A stretch of 64,000 bases of DNA from Bacteroidota bacterium (GTDB taxonomy: Bacteria; Bacteroidota; Bacteroidia; 2-12-FULL-35-15), in the NCBI GenBank assembly GCA_040387415.1, contig JAZKDU010000015.1, positions 56,166 to 120,165 of the forward strand, given 5' to 3'. The position numbers and the translations under genes were made by a program. Under the pieces are notes generated by a model, which worked only from the letters and a program-made list of their open reading frames with translations, was not told the origin of the DNA and did no database searches. The first letter of the stretch is position 1. The number at the start of each line of letters is the position of its first letter. Below, piece by piece: positions 19,540 to 29,200 of the stretch.

Positions 19540-20178
19540 ATGGGACTATTTGACAAATTATTTGGTAAAAAAGAAACACTAAAACATACAGAAAATAATT
19601 CTGTGAATTTTGACACAACTCAACTTGTTAAGACTGCAGAAATCTTAGACGATGATTTGTATTGGAAAATTATCGACAAATCTCTAAAAAACACTTCAAA
19701 CCAAGACAATCAAGAACAGGTTCTAATACAAGAAATTGCAAACTTGACACCTACTCAAATGATTGGTTTTCGTTTGCGAACAGACAAACTTCTATATGAC
19801 ACCTATAACTCGGACATGTGGTGTGCAGGATACATAATGAATGGTGGATGTTCTGACGATGGATTTGAATATTTTCGAAACTGGGTTATTTCAAGAGGGA
19901 AAGAAATATACTATAAAGCAAAAGAAAACCCAGACAACTTAATAGACGAAGTTGATAGTGATTTAGAAATGTATGACTTTGAAAACTTTTGGTATGTTGC
20001 TCTTGAAGCTTTCAAGGAAAAGACAGGAAAAAATTTATACGACTATATTGACGATGAAAATTTCAAAACAAAAGAAGGACAATACCCACAATTTGAGTTT
20101 ACATGGCGAGAAGAAAATCCAGAAAGTATGAAAAAAATTTGCCCAAGATTATATGATAAATTATGGGGCAGAAAGTAA
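19540..20178 (+). CDS. DUF4240-like hypothetical protein; compositionally atypical (about 29% GC)
   Basis: 212 aa. The W/Y-rich motif ...WCAGYIMNGGCSDDGFEYFRNWVISRGKEIY... resembles DUF4240. Hand GC count of the first 120 nt is 35/120, versus about 40% in neighbouring genes. Confidence 0.5.
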   Translation: MGLFDKLFGKKETLKHTENNSVNFDTTQLVKTAEILDDDLYWKIIDKSLKNTSNQDNQEQVLIQEIANLTPTQMIGFRLRTDKLLYDTYNSDMWCAGYIMNGGCSDDGFEYFRNWVISRGKEIYYKAKENPDNLIDEVDSDLEMYDFENFWYVALEAFKEKTGKNLYDYIDDENFKTKEGQYPQFEFTWREENPESMKKICPRLYDKLWGRK

Positions 20179-20398
20179 AAAATACCGCTAACAGACGTTT
20201 GGCAAAAAAGCATGTTCAATATTTAAATGAAGCTTTATGCTTCGTATTAAGTTAAGTGCTGGCAGCCAGTTTAGTGTTTCAAATCACCAAATTCGGGGAA
20301 CTACAAACCGTCAGTGCCAATGCAATTTAGATAGACACATTATTAAATTGAAAAATTTAAAGTGCGGAGTTAGCACTATAATCACTGACGACAACACA

Positions 20399-23300
20399 AT
20401 GAAATATTTTTTACTATTTTTATCCATTGCTATTTTTTCAACGACAAACGCACAAGCCCCCGGCTGGCAATGGGCAAAACGTGCTGGAGGAGTTGGCGAT
20501 GATGTTGGACAAAGTATTTCAACCGATGCAAGCGGAAATGTTTTTGTAACGGGTAGCTTTACTAGTACCGTTACTACTTTTGGCTCTACCACTTTAACCC
20601 ATTCCATTTTCACTGTTTACAATGATGATCTTTTTGTTGTGAAATACGATGCTTCCGGAAACGTGCTCTGGGTAAAATCAGCAGGAGGAACAGGTAATGA
20701 TGTTGGACAAAGCATTTTCACCGATGCAAACGGCAATGTATTAGTAACAGGTTACTTTACTAGCTCTTCCATTACCTTCGGAACAACTACTTTAACTAAT
20801 ACGAACGGTCAGTCTCTTTTTGTTGTAAAATACGATGCTGCAGGAAATGTTCTTTGGGCGAAATCAGCAGGACGTATCTCTAGTTATGGCACAGGTATTA
20901 CAGCTGACGCAAGCGGAAATGTTTTGGTGACTGGTGGCTTTTATAGTTCATCTATAATTTTTGGGACGACTGCTTTAACCAATACTGGTTCAAATACCAG
21001 TGATGTTTTTGTGGTGAAATACGATACTTCGGGTAATGTGCTCTGGGCGAAATCGGCAGGAGGAACAGGCGATGATTTAGGACGAAGTATTTCTACCGAT
21101 ACAAGTGGAAATATATTAGTAACGGGTGATTTTTACAACGTTTCTATCACTTTCGGAACCACTACTTTAATTAATACAGTGCATGTTTATCCTTCTTATA
21201 ATGATATTTTTGTCGTAAAATATGATACTTCGGGCAGTGTACTTTGGGCGAAATCTGGAGGAGGAACTTCCCAAGATTATGGATTAAGCATTTCAACTGA
21301 TGTAAGCGGAAATATTTTGGTAACAGGTAAGAGTGTAAGTTCTTCTATCACTTTCGGGTCAACCACTTTAAATAGTGCAAGTGTTTATGTTGTGAAATAC
21401 GATGGTAACGGTAATTTGCTTTGGGTGAAATCTGCAGGTGGAACTGATGGGGGCATGGGCATTTCCACCGATGCAAATGGAAATGTATTTATTGTTGGTA
21501 ACTTTGCCAGTCCTTCCATCACTTTTGGAGCAACAATTTTAACCAAAACAGGTATAAGCAGCGCCCAAGATATTTATGTAGTAAAATACGATCCTTCAGG
21601 TAATGTACTTTGGGCTAAATCAGCAGGAGGAGATTCGACCGAAAAAGGCAATGGGATTTCCACCGATGACAACGGAAACATAGTGATAACAGGTAGCTTT
21701 GGAAGTGCTTCCATTATATTTGGAACAGACACCTTAACCGGTAATTATCCAAATAGGTTTATATATGTCGCTAAGATTTGTCAAATAGCAACGCCCTTAA
21801 TATCCACAAGCAGTTCAGTTACTTTTTGCCAGGGAAATTCTATAACTCTTACTGCAAGTTCGGCTGCTAGTTATCTATGGAGTAATAATTCAACCACTCA
21901 AAGTATCACAGTTTCAAGTTCTGGAAATTATTCCTTAACGATAAATTCTGGAAGCAATTGTTCTGCATCATCAGTCGCTAAAAATGTTACAGTAAACCCT
22001 TTGCCGACTGTAACTATAACTCCAAGCGGATCTACGACTTTCTGCCAGGGAGATTCAGTAACGCTTACGGCAAGTTCAGCCAATACTTACTCCTGGAGTA
22101 ACAATACAATTACACAAAGTGCAACTGTTTTAAGTTCGGGGAATTATACCATAACAGTAACTGATGGAAACAATTGTTCTGCAACATCCTCCGCGACTAT
22201 AGTTACCGTTAATCCTTTGCCAAATGCTATAATTACAGCTAACGGAATAATTCCTTTTTGTGAGGGCGATTCTGTAAGACTTACGGCAAGTTCCGCAAAT
22301 TCGTATTTATGGAGCAATGGTGCAACAACCCAAAGCATCATTGTTCCTAATCCTGGAAATTATTTTGTAGCAGTAACTAATTCCTGCGGTATTGATACAT
22401 CGTCTGCAACAAATGTAACTATTAATCCTTTACCCAACGCCACTATAACTGCAAGTGGAGCAATTACTTTCTGTGAGGGAGATTCAGTAACACTCACTGC
22501 AACAAGTGGTATGACTAGTTATCATTGGTCAAATAATGAAACAACGCAAAATATTAAAGTTTTATCTTCTGGAAATTATTCGGTAAAAGTTATAAATGAA
22601 AATGGTTGTTCTAAAACTTCGGCTGCAACAACCATAACAGTAAATCCTTTACCAATAGCAACAATTACTGCAAGTGGAGCAATTACATTTTGTCAAGGAG
22701 ATTCAGTAAGACTCACTGCAACAAGTGGTATGAACAGTTACCATTGGTCAAATAATGAAACAACGCAAAGTATTACGGTTTTATCTTCCGAAAATGATTC
22801 GGTAAAAGTTACCAATGGAAATAGTTGTTCTAAAACTTCGGCTGCAATGGCCATAACAGTTAATCCTTTGCCAGCAGCAACAATTGCTGCAAGTGGAGCC
22901 ATTACATTTTGTCAAGGAGATTCAGTAACACTGACTGCAACAAGTGGTATGAGCAGTTACCATTGGTCAAATAATGAAACAACGCAAAGTATTATAGTTT
23001 TATATTCCAGAAATGATACAGTGACAGTTACCAATGGAAATGGATGTTCTGAAACTTCGGCTGCAATAACAGTGACAGTTAATCCATTACCTGTTACACC
23101 TACTGTTATATCAAGCGGTGCAGTTTTAACATCAAGCATTGTATTAGGTAATCAATGGTATTTGAATGGAAATATTATTACAGGCGCAACGAATCAAACC
23201 TACACAACAACACAAAGCGGAACCTACACAGCGATTGTTACTGTTAATGGTTGCTCTTCCGGGCCATCTTCACAAATAATAATTACGGTAGGTATTAGTG

Positions 23301-23551
23301 AAATAAATAACAATGATAATTCTTTTGCAATTTACCCCAACCCAACTAATGGCATCTTTGTTATTGAACACCCTAACACAAAAGCAACTATAGAAATATA
23401 TAGCGTAGTAGGAGAAAAGGTTTTCAAATCAATAACAACAACTTCGAAATCTGAAATTGATTTAAGCAGTGGACCTAAAGGAATATATTTTATTCGTTTG
23501 ACACAGGACGACAATATTATAAAAATGGACAAACTTGTAATCACCAACTGA
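20399..23551 (+). CDS. Large T9SS-secreted surface protein: signal peptide, ~8 SBBP beta-propeller repeats, ~9 tandem Ig-like domains, C-terminal T9SS (Por) sorting domain
   Basis: MKYFLLFLSIAIFSTTNAQA signal at 20399 (the ORF-track start at 20237 is an in-frame upstream extension). Repeats GNVLVTG.F.S.SITFGTTTL. Repeated ~73-aa units PLPxATITASGAITFCQGDSVTLTA. C-terminal YPNPTNGIF...GIYFIRL CTD. Confidence 0.85.
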   Translation: MKYFLLFLSIAIFSTTNAQAPGWQWAKRAGGVGDDVGQSISTDASGNVFVTGSFTSTVTTFGSTTLTHSIFTVYNDDLFVVKYDASGNVLWVKSAGGTGNDVGQSIFTDANGNVLVTGYFTSSSITFGTTTLTNTNGQSLFVVKYDAAGNVLWAKSAGRISSYGTGITADASGNVLVTGGFYSSSIIFGTTALTNTGSNTSDVFVVKYDTSGNVLWAKSAGGTGDDLGRSISTDTSGNILVTGDFYNVSITFGTTTLINTVHVYPSYNDIFVVKYDTSGSVLWAKSGGGTSQDYGLSISTDVSGNILVTGKSVSSSITFGSTTLNSASVYVVKYDGNGNLLWVKSAGGTDGGMGISTDANGNVFIVGNFASPSITFGATILTKTGISSAQDIYVVKYDPSGNVLWAKSAGGDSTEKGNGISTDDNGNIVITGSFGSASIIFGTDTLTGNYPNRFIYVAKICQIATPLISTSSSVTFCQGNSITLTASSAASYLWSNNSTTQSITVSSSGNYSLTINSGSNCSASSVAKNVTVNPLPTVTITPSGSTTFCQGDSVTLTASSANTYSWSNNTITQSATVLSSGNYTITVTDGNNCSATSSATIVTVNPLPNAIITANGIIPFCEGDSVRLTASSANSYLWSNGATTQSIIVPNPGNYFVAVTNSCGIDTSSATNVTINPLPNATITASGAITFCEGDSVTLTATSGMTSYHWSNNETTQNIKVLSSGNYSVKVINENGCSKTSAATTITVNPLPIATITASGAITFCQGDSVRLTATSGMNSYHWSNNETTQSITVLSSENDSVKVTNGNSCSKTSAAMAITVNPLPAATIAASGAITFCQGDSVTLTATSGMSSYHWSNNETTQSIIVLYSRNDTVTVTNGNGCSETSAAITVTVNPLPVTPTVISSGAVLTSSIVLGNQWYLNGNIITGATNQTYTTTQSGTYTAIVTVNGCSSGPSSQIIITVGISEINNNDNSFAIYPNPTNGIFVIEHPNTKATIEIYSVVGEKVFKSITTTSKSEIDLSSGPKGIYFIRLTQDDNIIKMDKLVITN
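22205..23085 (+). repeat. Intragenic tandem array of ~219-bp (73-codon) near-identical repeats (at least 4-5 units)
   Basis: Unit starts aatccttt(g/a)cc... at 22211, 22424, 22643, 22862 and 23081. Period is 219 bp; the three central units are roughly 90% identical at DNA level. Confidence 0.8.
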
Positions 23552-23991
23552 CAGACTGTGCTTACAAGTATTACGAACTGCAGTTATTAAGAATATAAAG
23601 GCACCCCAGTAAAATTAGGCAAACCAACCATGGAAGACTGGGCAATGGGGGGACCAATATAAGCCAGCGTGGCCGAAACGATACACCAATTGGCATTTGG
23701 CTATTCGGATTTATTGGACTATTTGTGCTTGGGAACAGACTTTATCTTTTTTCGAGGAAATAGCCCAATTGCTAGCAGACGTTTGGTGAAAAAGCGGGTT
23801 CAGCCCTTTAAATGAATCCTTGTGCTTGATATCAAGTCCAATACTAGCCGGCAGTTTACTTTTAAAAACCGAAAATATACCTGCTTGCAAAACGTAATGA
23901 ATTCCGAAAAATTCAAGCATCGATAAATAAATTGAACAAGCAGATGGGGTTATTAAATACAAATTGGAACAAAATTTTATAGTTAAAACAG

Positions 23992-25884
23992 ATGAGAAAT
24001 AATAACGTATTAAATAATGGTATTCCAATTTCCGTTTCATTAAATCCAACATTGGAAATGGAAAACTTTGAACCCAAAAAACCTTATAATAAAAAGCGGG
24101 TATTTACTATTTCTGCATTTGCTATTTTAATTGCTATTTGCGTAAGTTTTATTGCCAAATTATTGGTTTATCTGATCGACTTAATAACAAACATTTCGTT
24201 TCATGGTACCTTTTCCATTGAGCATTCCAGCCCAGCCAACAATACGTATGGTGTATTTGTAATTGCTATCCCGGTAATAGGGGGACTTATTGTGGGATTA
24301 ATGGCCTTATACGGTTCAAAGGCCATCCGGGGGCACGGTATACCTGAAGCGATGGAACAAATATTAACAAATCAAAGTAAAATTAAACCGGCCATCACTT
24401 ATTTAAAACCCCTTTCTGCGGCTATATCTATTGGCACTGGCGGGCCTTTTGGAGCCGAAGGCCCTATTATTGCAACGGGCGGAGCATTGGGTTCTACTTT
24501 AGGGCAACTGCTTAAAATAACACATAACGAACGTAAAATATTATTAACCGCTGGGGCTACAGCTGGTATGTCTGCCATTTTCGGAAGTCCGATTGCAGCC
24601 ATTTTCCTGGCCATAGAGTTACTCCTATTTGAATTCTCTCCCCGTTCCATTATTCCTGTGGCATTGGCTTGTATAACGGGTGCTGCCGGCCACCATTTAA
24701 TGTTTGAGGAAGGGGCCGTTTTCCCAATAGCCGATATGATAAAAACCGCATCTAATTCAGCGCTTGGATTTTACTCTATCATGGGAATTGTAATTGGTTT
24801 ATTATCGGTGCTGGTTACAAAAGCTGTTTATTTAATTGAAGATGGTTTTGAAAAACTACCCATCCATTGGGCCTGGTGGCCGGCCATAGGAGGTGCAGCG
24901 GTTGGTGTGGTCGGCTATTTTGCTCCCCGTACTTTAGGCGTAGGATATAGTAATATTACGGATATTTTATCCGGCACTATGCCATTAGAAATCTTATTAT
25001 CGCTATGCTTATTGAAATTTGTTTCCTGGGCTGTTTCACTAGGCAGCGGAACATCGGGCGGAACACTTGCACCATTGCTTACTATTGGTGGAGCTACGGG
25101 AGCATTAATGGGCGGTTTAATTATTTATTGGTTTCCAGCATCCGGAGTAACCATTCCGCTGGCGGCATTGGTAGGCATGTCTGCAATGTTTGCAGGCGCT
25201 TCAAGAGCCTTTCTAACCTCCATTGTATTTGCATTGGAAACAACAGGGCAGTCAAATGCATTACTACCTTTATTAGCTACATGCACAACAGCCTATTTTG
25301 TATCCTACTTTATTATGGAAAACACCATTATGACTGAAAAAATTGCCCGCAGGGGCGTTAAAACCCCTCATTCCTATGAACCCGATGTGCTGGAAAAATT
25401 AACAGTTGAACAAATTCTTACCGACAACGGAATAATAATAAACGAAGACAATACGATAAAAGAAGTGCGCGAATGGCTTAGTCAGGAACAAAATAGTAAA
25501 ACAAATCATTTTATAATTTCGAGCACGGAGGGTGAATACAGAGCAATATTAAGTACATCAAGCCTGTTTAGCAACCGTCATTCGCAGGAAAATTTAATTG
25601 GAACTTTAATAACACAAAACAGCATCCATATCGGGCAACGTGACACCTTACGTACTGCAGTTGAAACGATGGCAAAAGAAAATGTTGATGTTTTGGCTGT
25701 TGTTTCGAAAGAAAACACCAGTGTTATTGGTATTTTATCTTACCAGGATATTATTGCCACGTATAAGCATGGTATTGACGAACATGATAAGAAAAAACCT
25801 CCTATTTCATTAAAACGAAATGGGCTAAAACTATTATTACAAGGGCAGAAAATTGTATCGGTCCTTAAAAGAAAAGAAAAATAG
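23992..25884 (+). CDS. ClC-family chloride channel/transporter with C-terminal CBS pair
   Basis: GSGIPE, GKEGP-like (GAEGP) and GxFxP motifs, many TM helices, then two CBS-like blocks. Start could also be the ATG at 24058. Confidence 0.85.
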   Translation: MRNNNVLNNGIPISVSLNPTLEMENFEPKKPYNKKRVFTISAFAILIAICVSFIAKLLVYLIDLITNISFHGTFSIEHSSPANNTYGVFVIAIPVIGGLIVGLMALYGSKAIRGHGIPEAMEQILTNQSKIKPAITYLKPLSAAISIGTGGPFGAEGPIIATGGALGSTLGQLLKITHNERKILLTAGATAGMSAIFGSPIAAIFLAIELLLFEFSPRSIIPVALACITGAAGHHLMFEEGAVFPIADMIKTASNSALGFYSIMGIVIGLLSVLVTKAVYLIEDGFEKLPIHWAWWPAIGGAAVGVVGYFAPRTLGVGYSNITDILSGTMPLEILLSLCLLKFVSWAVSLGSGTSGGTLAPLLTIGGATGALMGGLIIYWFPASGVTIPLAALVGMSAMFAGASRAFLTSIVFALETTGQSNALLPLLATCTTAYFVSYFIMENTIMTEKIARRGVKTPHSYEPDVLEKLTVEQILTDNGIIINEDNTIKEVREWLSQEQNSKTNHFIISSTEGEYRAILSTSSLFSNRHSQENLIGTLITQNSIHIGQRDTLRTAVETMAKENVDVLAVVSKENTSVIGILSYQDIIATYKHGIDEHDKKKPPISLKRNGLKLLLQGQKIVSVLKRKEK

Positions 25885-25956
25885 TACCTGTTAATAGCAC
25901 ACAACAGCCATTCATTCAATCGCTTATTAGTACCTTTGCAGTAGATTTATAATCAA

Positions 25957-26412
25957 ATGATTTCCAAAAAAACCAAATACGCTATAAAGGCGCTTGTTCA
26001 CCTGGCCAAGAATTATGGAAAAGGCCCGATACTTATCGGCACCTTGTCTGAGAAGGAAAAGATCCCTAAAAAGTTTCTGGAAGCCATTTTACTGGATTTA
26101 AGGAAACAAGGAATACTGGAAAGTAAAATGGGTGCCGGTGGTGGTTATTACCTTGTAAAAAGACCGGATGAAGTGCTCCTGAGCCATATAATCAGATCTA
26201 CGGGCGGCCCAATTGCATTAATACCTTGCGTAAGTCTTAATTTTTATGAACGTTGTGATGATTGCGTGGATGAAACCATCTGCGGCATACGTGATGTGAT
26301 GACTGATGTAAGGCAGGCTACCCTCCAAATTTTATCAGCAACTACCCTGGAAGACATTTTGAACCGCGAACACAGATTACACCGATCTGTAAATCAGATG
26401 ATTAATAATTAA
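25957..26412 (+). CDS. Rrf2-family transcriptional regulator (probable Fe-S cluster binding)
   Basis: N-terminal wHTH MISKKTKYAIKALVHLA. Cys cluster C-x8-C-x2-C-x5-C (PCVSLNFYERCDDCVDETIC). Confidence 0.85.
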   Translation: MISKKTKYAIKALVHLAKNYGKGPILIGTLSEKEKIPKKFLEAILLDLRKQGILESKMGAGGGYYLVKRPDEVLLSHIIRSTGGPIALIPCVSLNFYERCDDCVDETICGIRDVMTDVRQATLQILSATTLEDILNREHRLHRSVNQMINN

Positions 26413-26750
26413 TTTTATTTTTTTTCATTAAAGTCTACCATTTTAGTAGAATATGTATTATATTTGTACCCGAAACAAATAAAACACCGTTTATTTTACT
26501 AAAATGAATCGTTTTAAAAACACTTATCACCCTGCTTTTTTAATACATCCCGCACATTGTTGCATGTGCCTTTGGGCATATTAACTCTTTTGAAGTCATT
26601 TGTTTATTAAACAGATCTTCAGCAAAACAAAAAATCAGCTTACCAATTCAAAAACAATAACGATCCCGATCAAATTAACAAACAGATAAACTGGAACATT
26701 TTTTGATCACAAACAAAATAAAAATTTAACCCCAAAAAAACATATAAAAC

Positions 26751-27350
26751 ATGAGCACTTCATTAAACGACAAATCAGAAGCAATTAAAAACAGCATTAA
26801 AGAAACTGCTGCAAAATCAAAAGAAACAATTCGTGAAATTATTGAATCGAATAGTAAATACATTGATTCTGCTTTAGATACAAACAAAAAAGTAGTTGAG
26901 TCGATCAAAACAAAATTGAACCAAAAAGAAATCAACGATTCATTAACTGAAACTCTTAAAGATACTTTTGGTAAATCGGTAGTATTGGCTGAAGATTCTA
27001 TTGACAGCATTATCAATGCTTACGTTAAACAAGTGGAGTGGAATGTTGAATTTAACACCAAACTAATTGATGCTGTTAAAGAAAATAATGGTCAAAACCC
27101 TGAAAAAGTGTTGAACCTGATTTCTGAAAGCTTCGAAACATCACGTCAGCTAACGATCAGCAACACTAAAAACATTCTTGAGTTTTACAACAAACACACG
27201 AACCTTGCTGTGAACTTCAACAAAAAATTTGGTGAAAACGTTGCATCACAAGTGGAAGTATTATCTACCATTCAAAGCAAAAGTTTTTCTAAATTCACAG
27301 GTTGGGCTTCTGACTGGTGGAAAGAAAATGAAGTAAAATATTCAAAATAA
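26751..27350 (+). CDS. Hypothetical alpha-helical K/E/S-rich protein (phasin-like)
   Basis: 199 aa, low complexity, no recognisable catalytic motifs. Own terminator downstream. Confidence 0.55.
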   Translation: MSTSLNDKSEAIKNSIKETAAKSKETIREIIESNSKYIDSALDTNKKVVESIKTKLNQKEINDSLTETLKDTFGKSVVLAEDSIDSIINAYVKQVEWNVEFNTKLIDAVKENNGQNPEKVLNLISESFETSRQLTISNTKNILEFYNKHTNLAVNFNKKFGENVASQVEVLSTIQSKSFSKFTGWASDWWKENEVKYSK

Positions 27351-27366
27351 TATTTCACATTACTTA

Positions 27367-27404
27367 GCCCGAAATGACCTTCAACAGGTCATTTCGGCTT
27401 TTTA
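27367..27404 (+). terminator. Rho-independent terminator
   Basis: cccgaaatgacc-ttcaaca-ggtcatttcggcttttt. Confidence 0.65.
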
Positions 27405-27498
27405 GTAAATTGTGTTTATTAACCTACCAAATACTATGAGTTTAAGCTTACTCAAATTAAAGAAAAGCATAATTAATTAAATTTAAAAACAACTATAT

Positions 27499-28134
27499 AT
27501 GTCATTAAGACTAGGCGATACGGCACCCGATTTCACAGCAGAAAGCACTGCAGGAAAAATTGAATTTTATAATTGGCTGGGCAACAGCTGGGGTGTTTTG
27601 TTTTCACATCCGGCAGATTACACTCCTGTGTGTACAACAGAATTAGGTACAGTATCCAAACTTCAGGATGAATTTACAAAACGTAATGTAAAAACAATCG
27701 CGTTAAGTGTAGACCCTCTAGAATCACATTGGGGATGGATAAAGGACATTAACGAAACACAAAACACCGTAGTTAATTTCCCAATTATTGCTGATCCTAT
27801 TTTTGAAGTAGCAAAGCTGTATGATATGATTCATCCGAATGCTTCGGATAAATTTACTGTACGCTCGGTATTTATCATCAGCCCCGATAAAAAAATAAAA
27901 CTGATCCTCACCTACCCTGCTTCAACAGGAAGAAATTTTGATGAGCTTTTACGCGTGATTGATTCATTGCAGCTTACAGCAAATTACAGCGTTGCAACAC
28001 CTGCTAACTGGAAAGATGGTGATGATGTGGTAATTGCCCCATCAATAAAGGATGAAGAAATTGCAGCTAAATTCCCTAAAGGATATGCGCGCATTAAGCC
28101 ATATTTAAGGGTTACACCACAACCTAATAAATAA
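27499..28134 (+). CDS. 1-Cys peroxiredoxin (Prx6-type)
   Basis: FSHPADYTPVCTTELG peroxidatic-Cys motif. 211 aa. Confidence 0.9.
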   Translation: MSLRLGDTAPDFTAESTAGKIEFYNWLGNSWGVLFSHPADYTPVCTTELGTVSKLQDEFTKRNVKTIALSVDPLESHWGWIKDINETQNTVVNFPIIADPIFEVAKLYDMIHPNASDKFTVRSVFIISPDKKIKLILTYPASTGRNFDELLRVIDSLQLTANYSVATPANWKDGDDVVIAPSIKDEEIAAKFPKGYARIKPYLRVTPQPNK

Positions 28135-28153
28135 CAGACTTTTTATTTTATTA

Positions 28154-28193
28154 AAAATCCCGGAAGATTAATTTCTATCCGGGATTTTTTTTT
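28154..28193 (+). terminator. Rho-independent terminator after the peroxiredoxin gene
   Basis: aaaaatcccgga-agattaatttcta-tccgggattttttttt. Confidence 0.7.
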
Positions 28194-28538
28194 GCCAAAC
28201 TTATTAAACTGAATTCAACTATTAATTTAATCGCGAATCCATTATCCATTGGCTTTAAGCTCTGTTCTCCCGAACCCGTTTTTACGGTAGAGGGAACTTA
28301 CTCATTATAGGCTATACGATTTTTATAAAGCAGGATCCCTCGCGAAAAGCTCGGGAGGACAAATGTGGTAATAGCACACTTTTCAGTTTAATGAACAAAT
28401 AGTAACAATGGAACTCCGGTTATTAGTAAAAACAAAAGGTCCTCCGTTTATTAATAAACCGTAAAGGGTGCACCTGCTGTGTATTAAACGGCAAGTACAC
28501 CCTTTCCATCAAAAATAAGTGCTTGGCTTTATGCGGTA

Positions 28539-29186
28539 TTATCCAATATGTGCCTTTTCAAAACGATACACTTTCGGTAATTCATTATTATTCCTAAAGT
28601 TTACATCCAGATCCTTAATAAACCCATTTTGTATACTATACACCCAACCGTGAACCTCCAATTTTTGTCCATTTCTCCAGGCATTCTGAACAATACTGGT
28701 TTTGCACAAATCATACACTTGCTCCATCACATTTAATTCCACAAATCTTCTTGCGCGTAATTTCTCATCTTCAATACTTTCTAATTCCTGATGATAGGTT
28801 TTATAAACATCTTTAATATGACGAAGCCAGTTATCAATCAAACCATATTGTTTGTTGCCCATAGCAGCCATAACACCGCCACATTCATAATGTCCGCATA
28901 CAATAATGTGTTTTACTTTAAGTACTTCTACTGCATATGAAAGAACGCTTAACATATTCATATCGCTGTGAACTACCATATTTGCAATGTTGCGGTGAAC
29001 AAATATATCTCCTGGCTGGGTTCCGGTAATCTGGTTAGCAGGCACACGGCTATCGGAACAGCCAATCCATAAATACTCCGGTGTTTGGCCCTCGGCTAAT
29101 CTTTTAAAATATTCGGGGTCCAGTTCCAATTGTTCTTTTACCCATGCTTTATTATTTTCTAATAATACCTTATATGATTTTTCCAT
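28539..29186 (-). CDS. Beta-class carbonic anhydrase
   Basis: CSDSRVP ... HxxCGG (HYECGGV) zinc-ligand motifs. 215 aa. Confidence 0.9.
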   Translation of the reverse strand: MEKSYKVLLENNKAWVKEQLELDPEYFKRLAEGQTPEYLWIGCSDSRVPANQITGTQPGDIFVHRNIANMVVHSDMNMLSVLSYAVEVLKVKHIIVCGHYECGGVMAAMGNKQYGLIDNWLRHIKDVYKTYHQELESIEDEKLRARRFVELNVMEQVYDLCKTSIVQNAWRNGQKLEVHGWVYSIQNGFIKDLDVNFRNNNELPKVYRFEKAHIG

Positions 29187-29200
29187 TTTTTTTTAGTTTT

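Noticed and set aside
20237-20398. ORF-track start at 20237 for the T9SS adhesin, and similar upstream extensions for 42956 and 46138
   Set aside because: The upstream in-frame segments lack signal peptides and are Cys/Gln-rich noise. Internal Met codons at 20399, 43034 and 46078 are followed by canonical signal peptides or the expected N-termini.
23552-24057. Possible fluoride (crcB) riboswitch or other leader upstream of the ClC gene; also ORF 23711-24052(-)
   Set aside because: This ClC is a 630-aa CBS-containing type, not a short CLC-F. I could not find the crcB-motif core in the upstream sequence. The minus-strand ORF overlaps the ClC start and translates to junk. A slightly GC-richer stretch at 23600-23760 gives only a fragmentary frame of about 45 codons (…WPKRYTNWHLAIRIYW…) that I cannot assign.
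28200-28538. RNase P RNA, tmRNA or SRP RNA in the prx-CA spacer
   Set aside because: Hallmark sequences are absent: no GGAAAGUCCGGGC or AGGGCAGG for RNase P, no tRNA-like GGGG...ACCA ends plus tag ORF for tmRNA, no SRP domain-IV motif. Retained only as an unspecified structured region.
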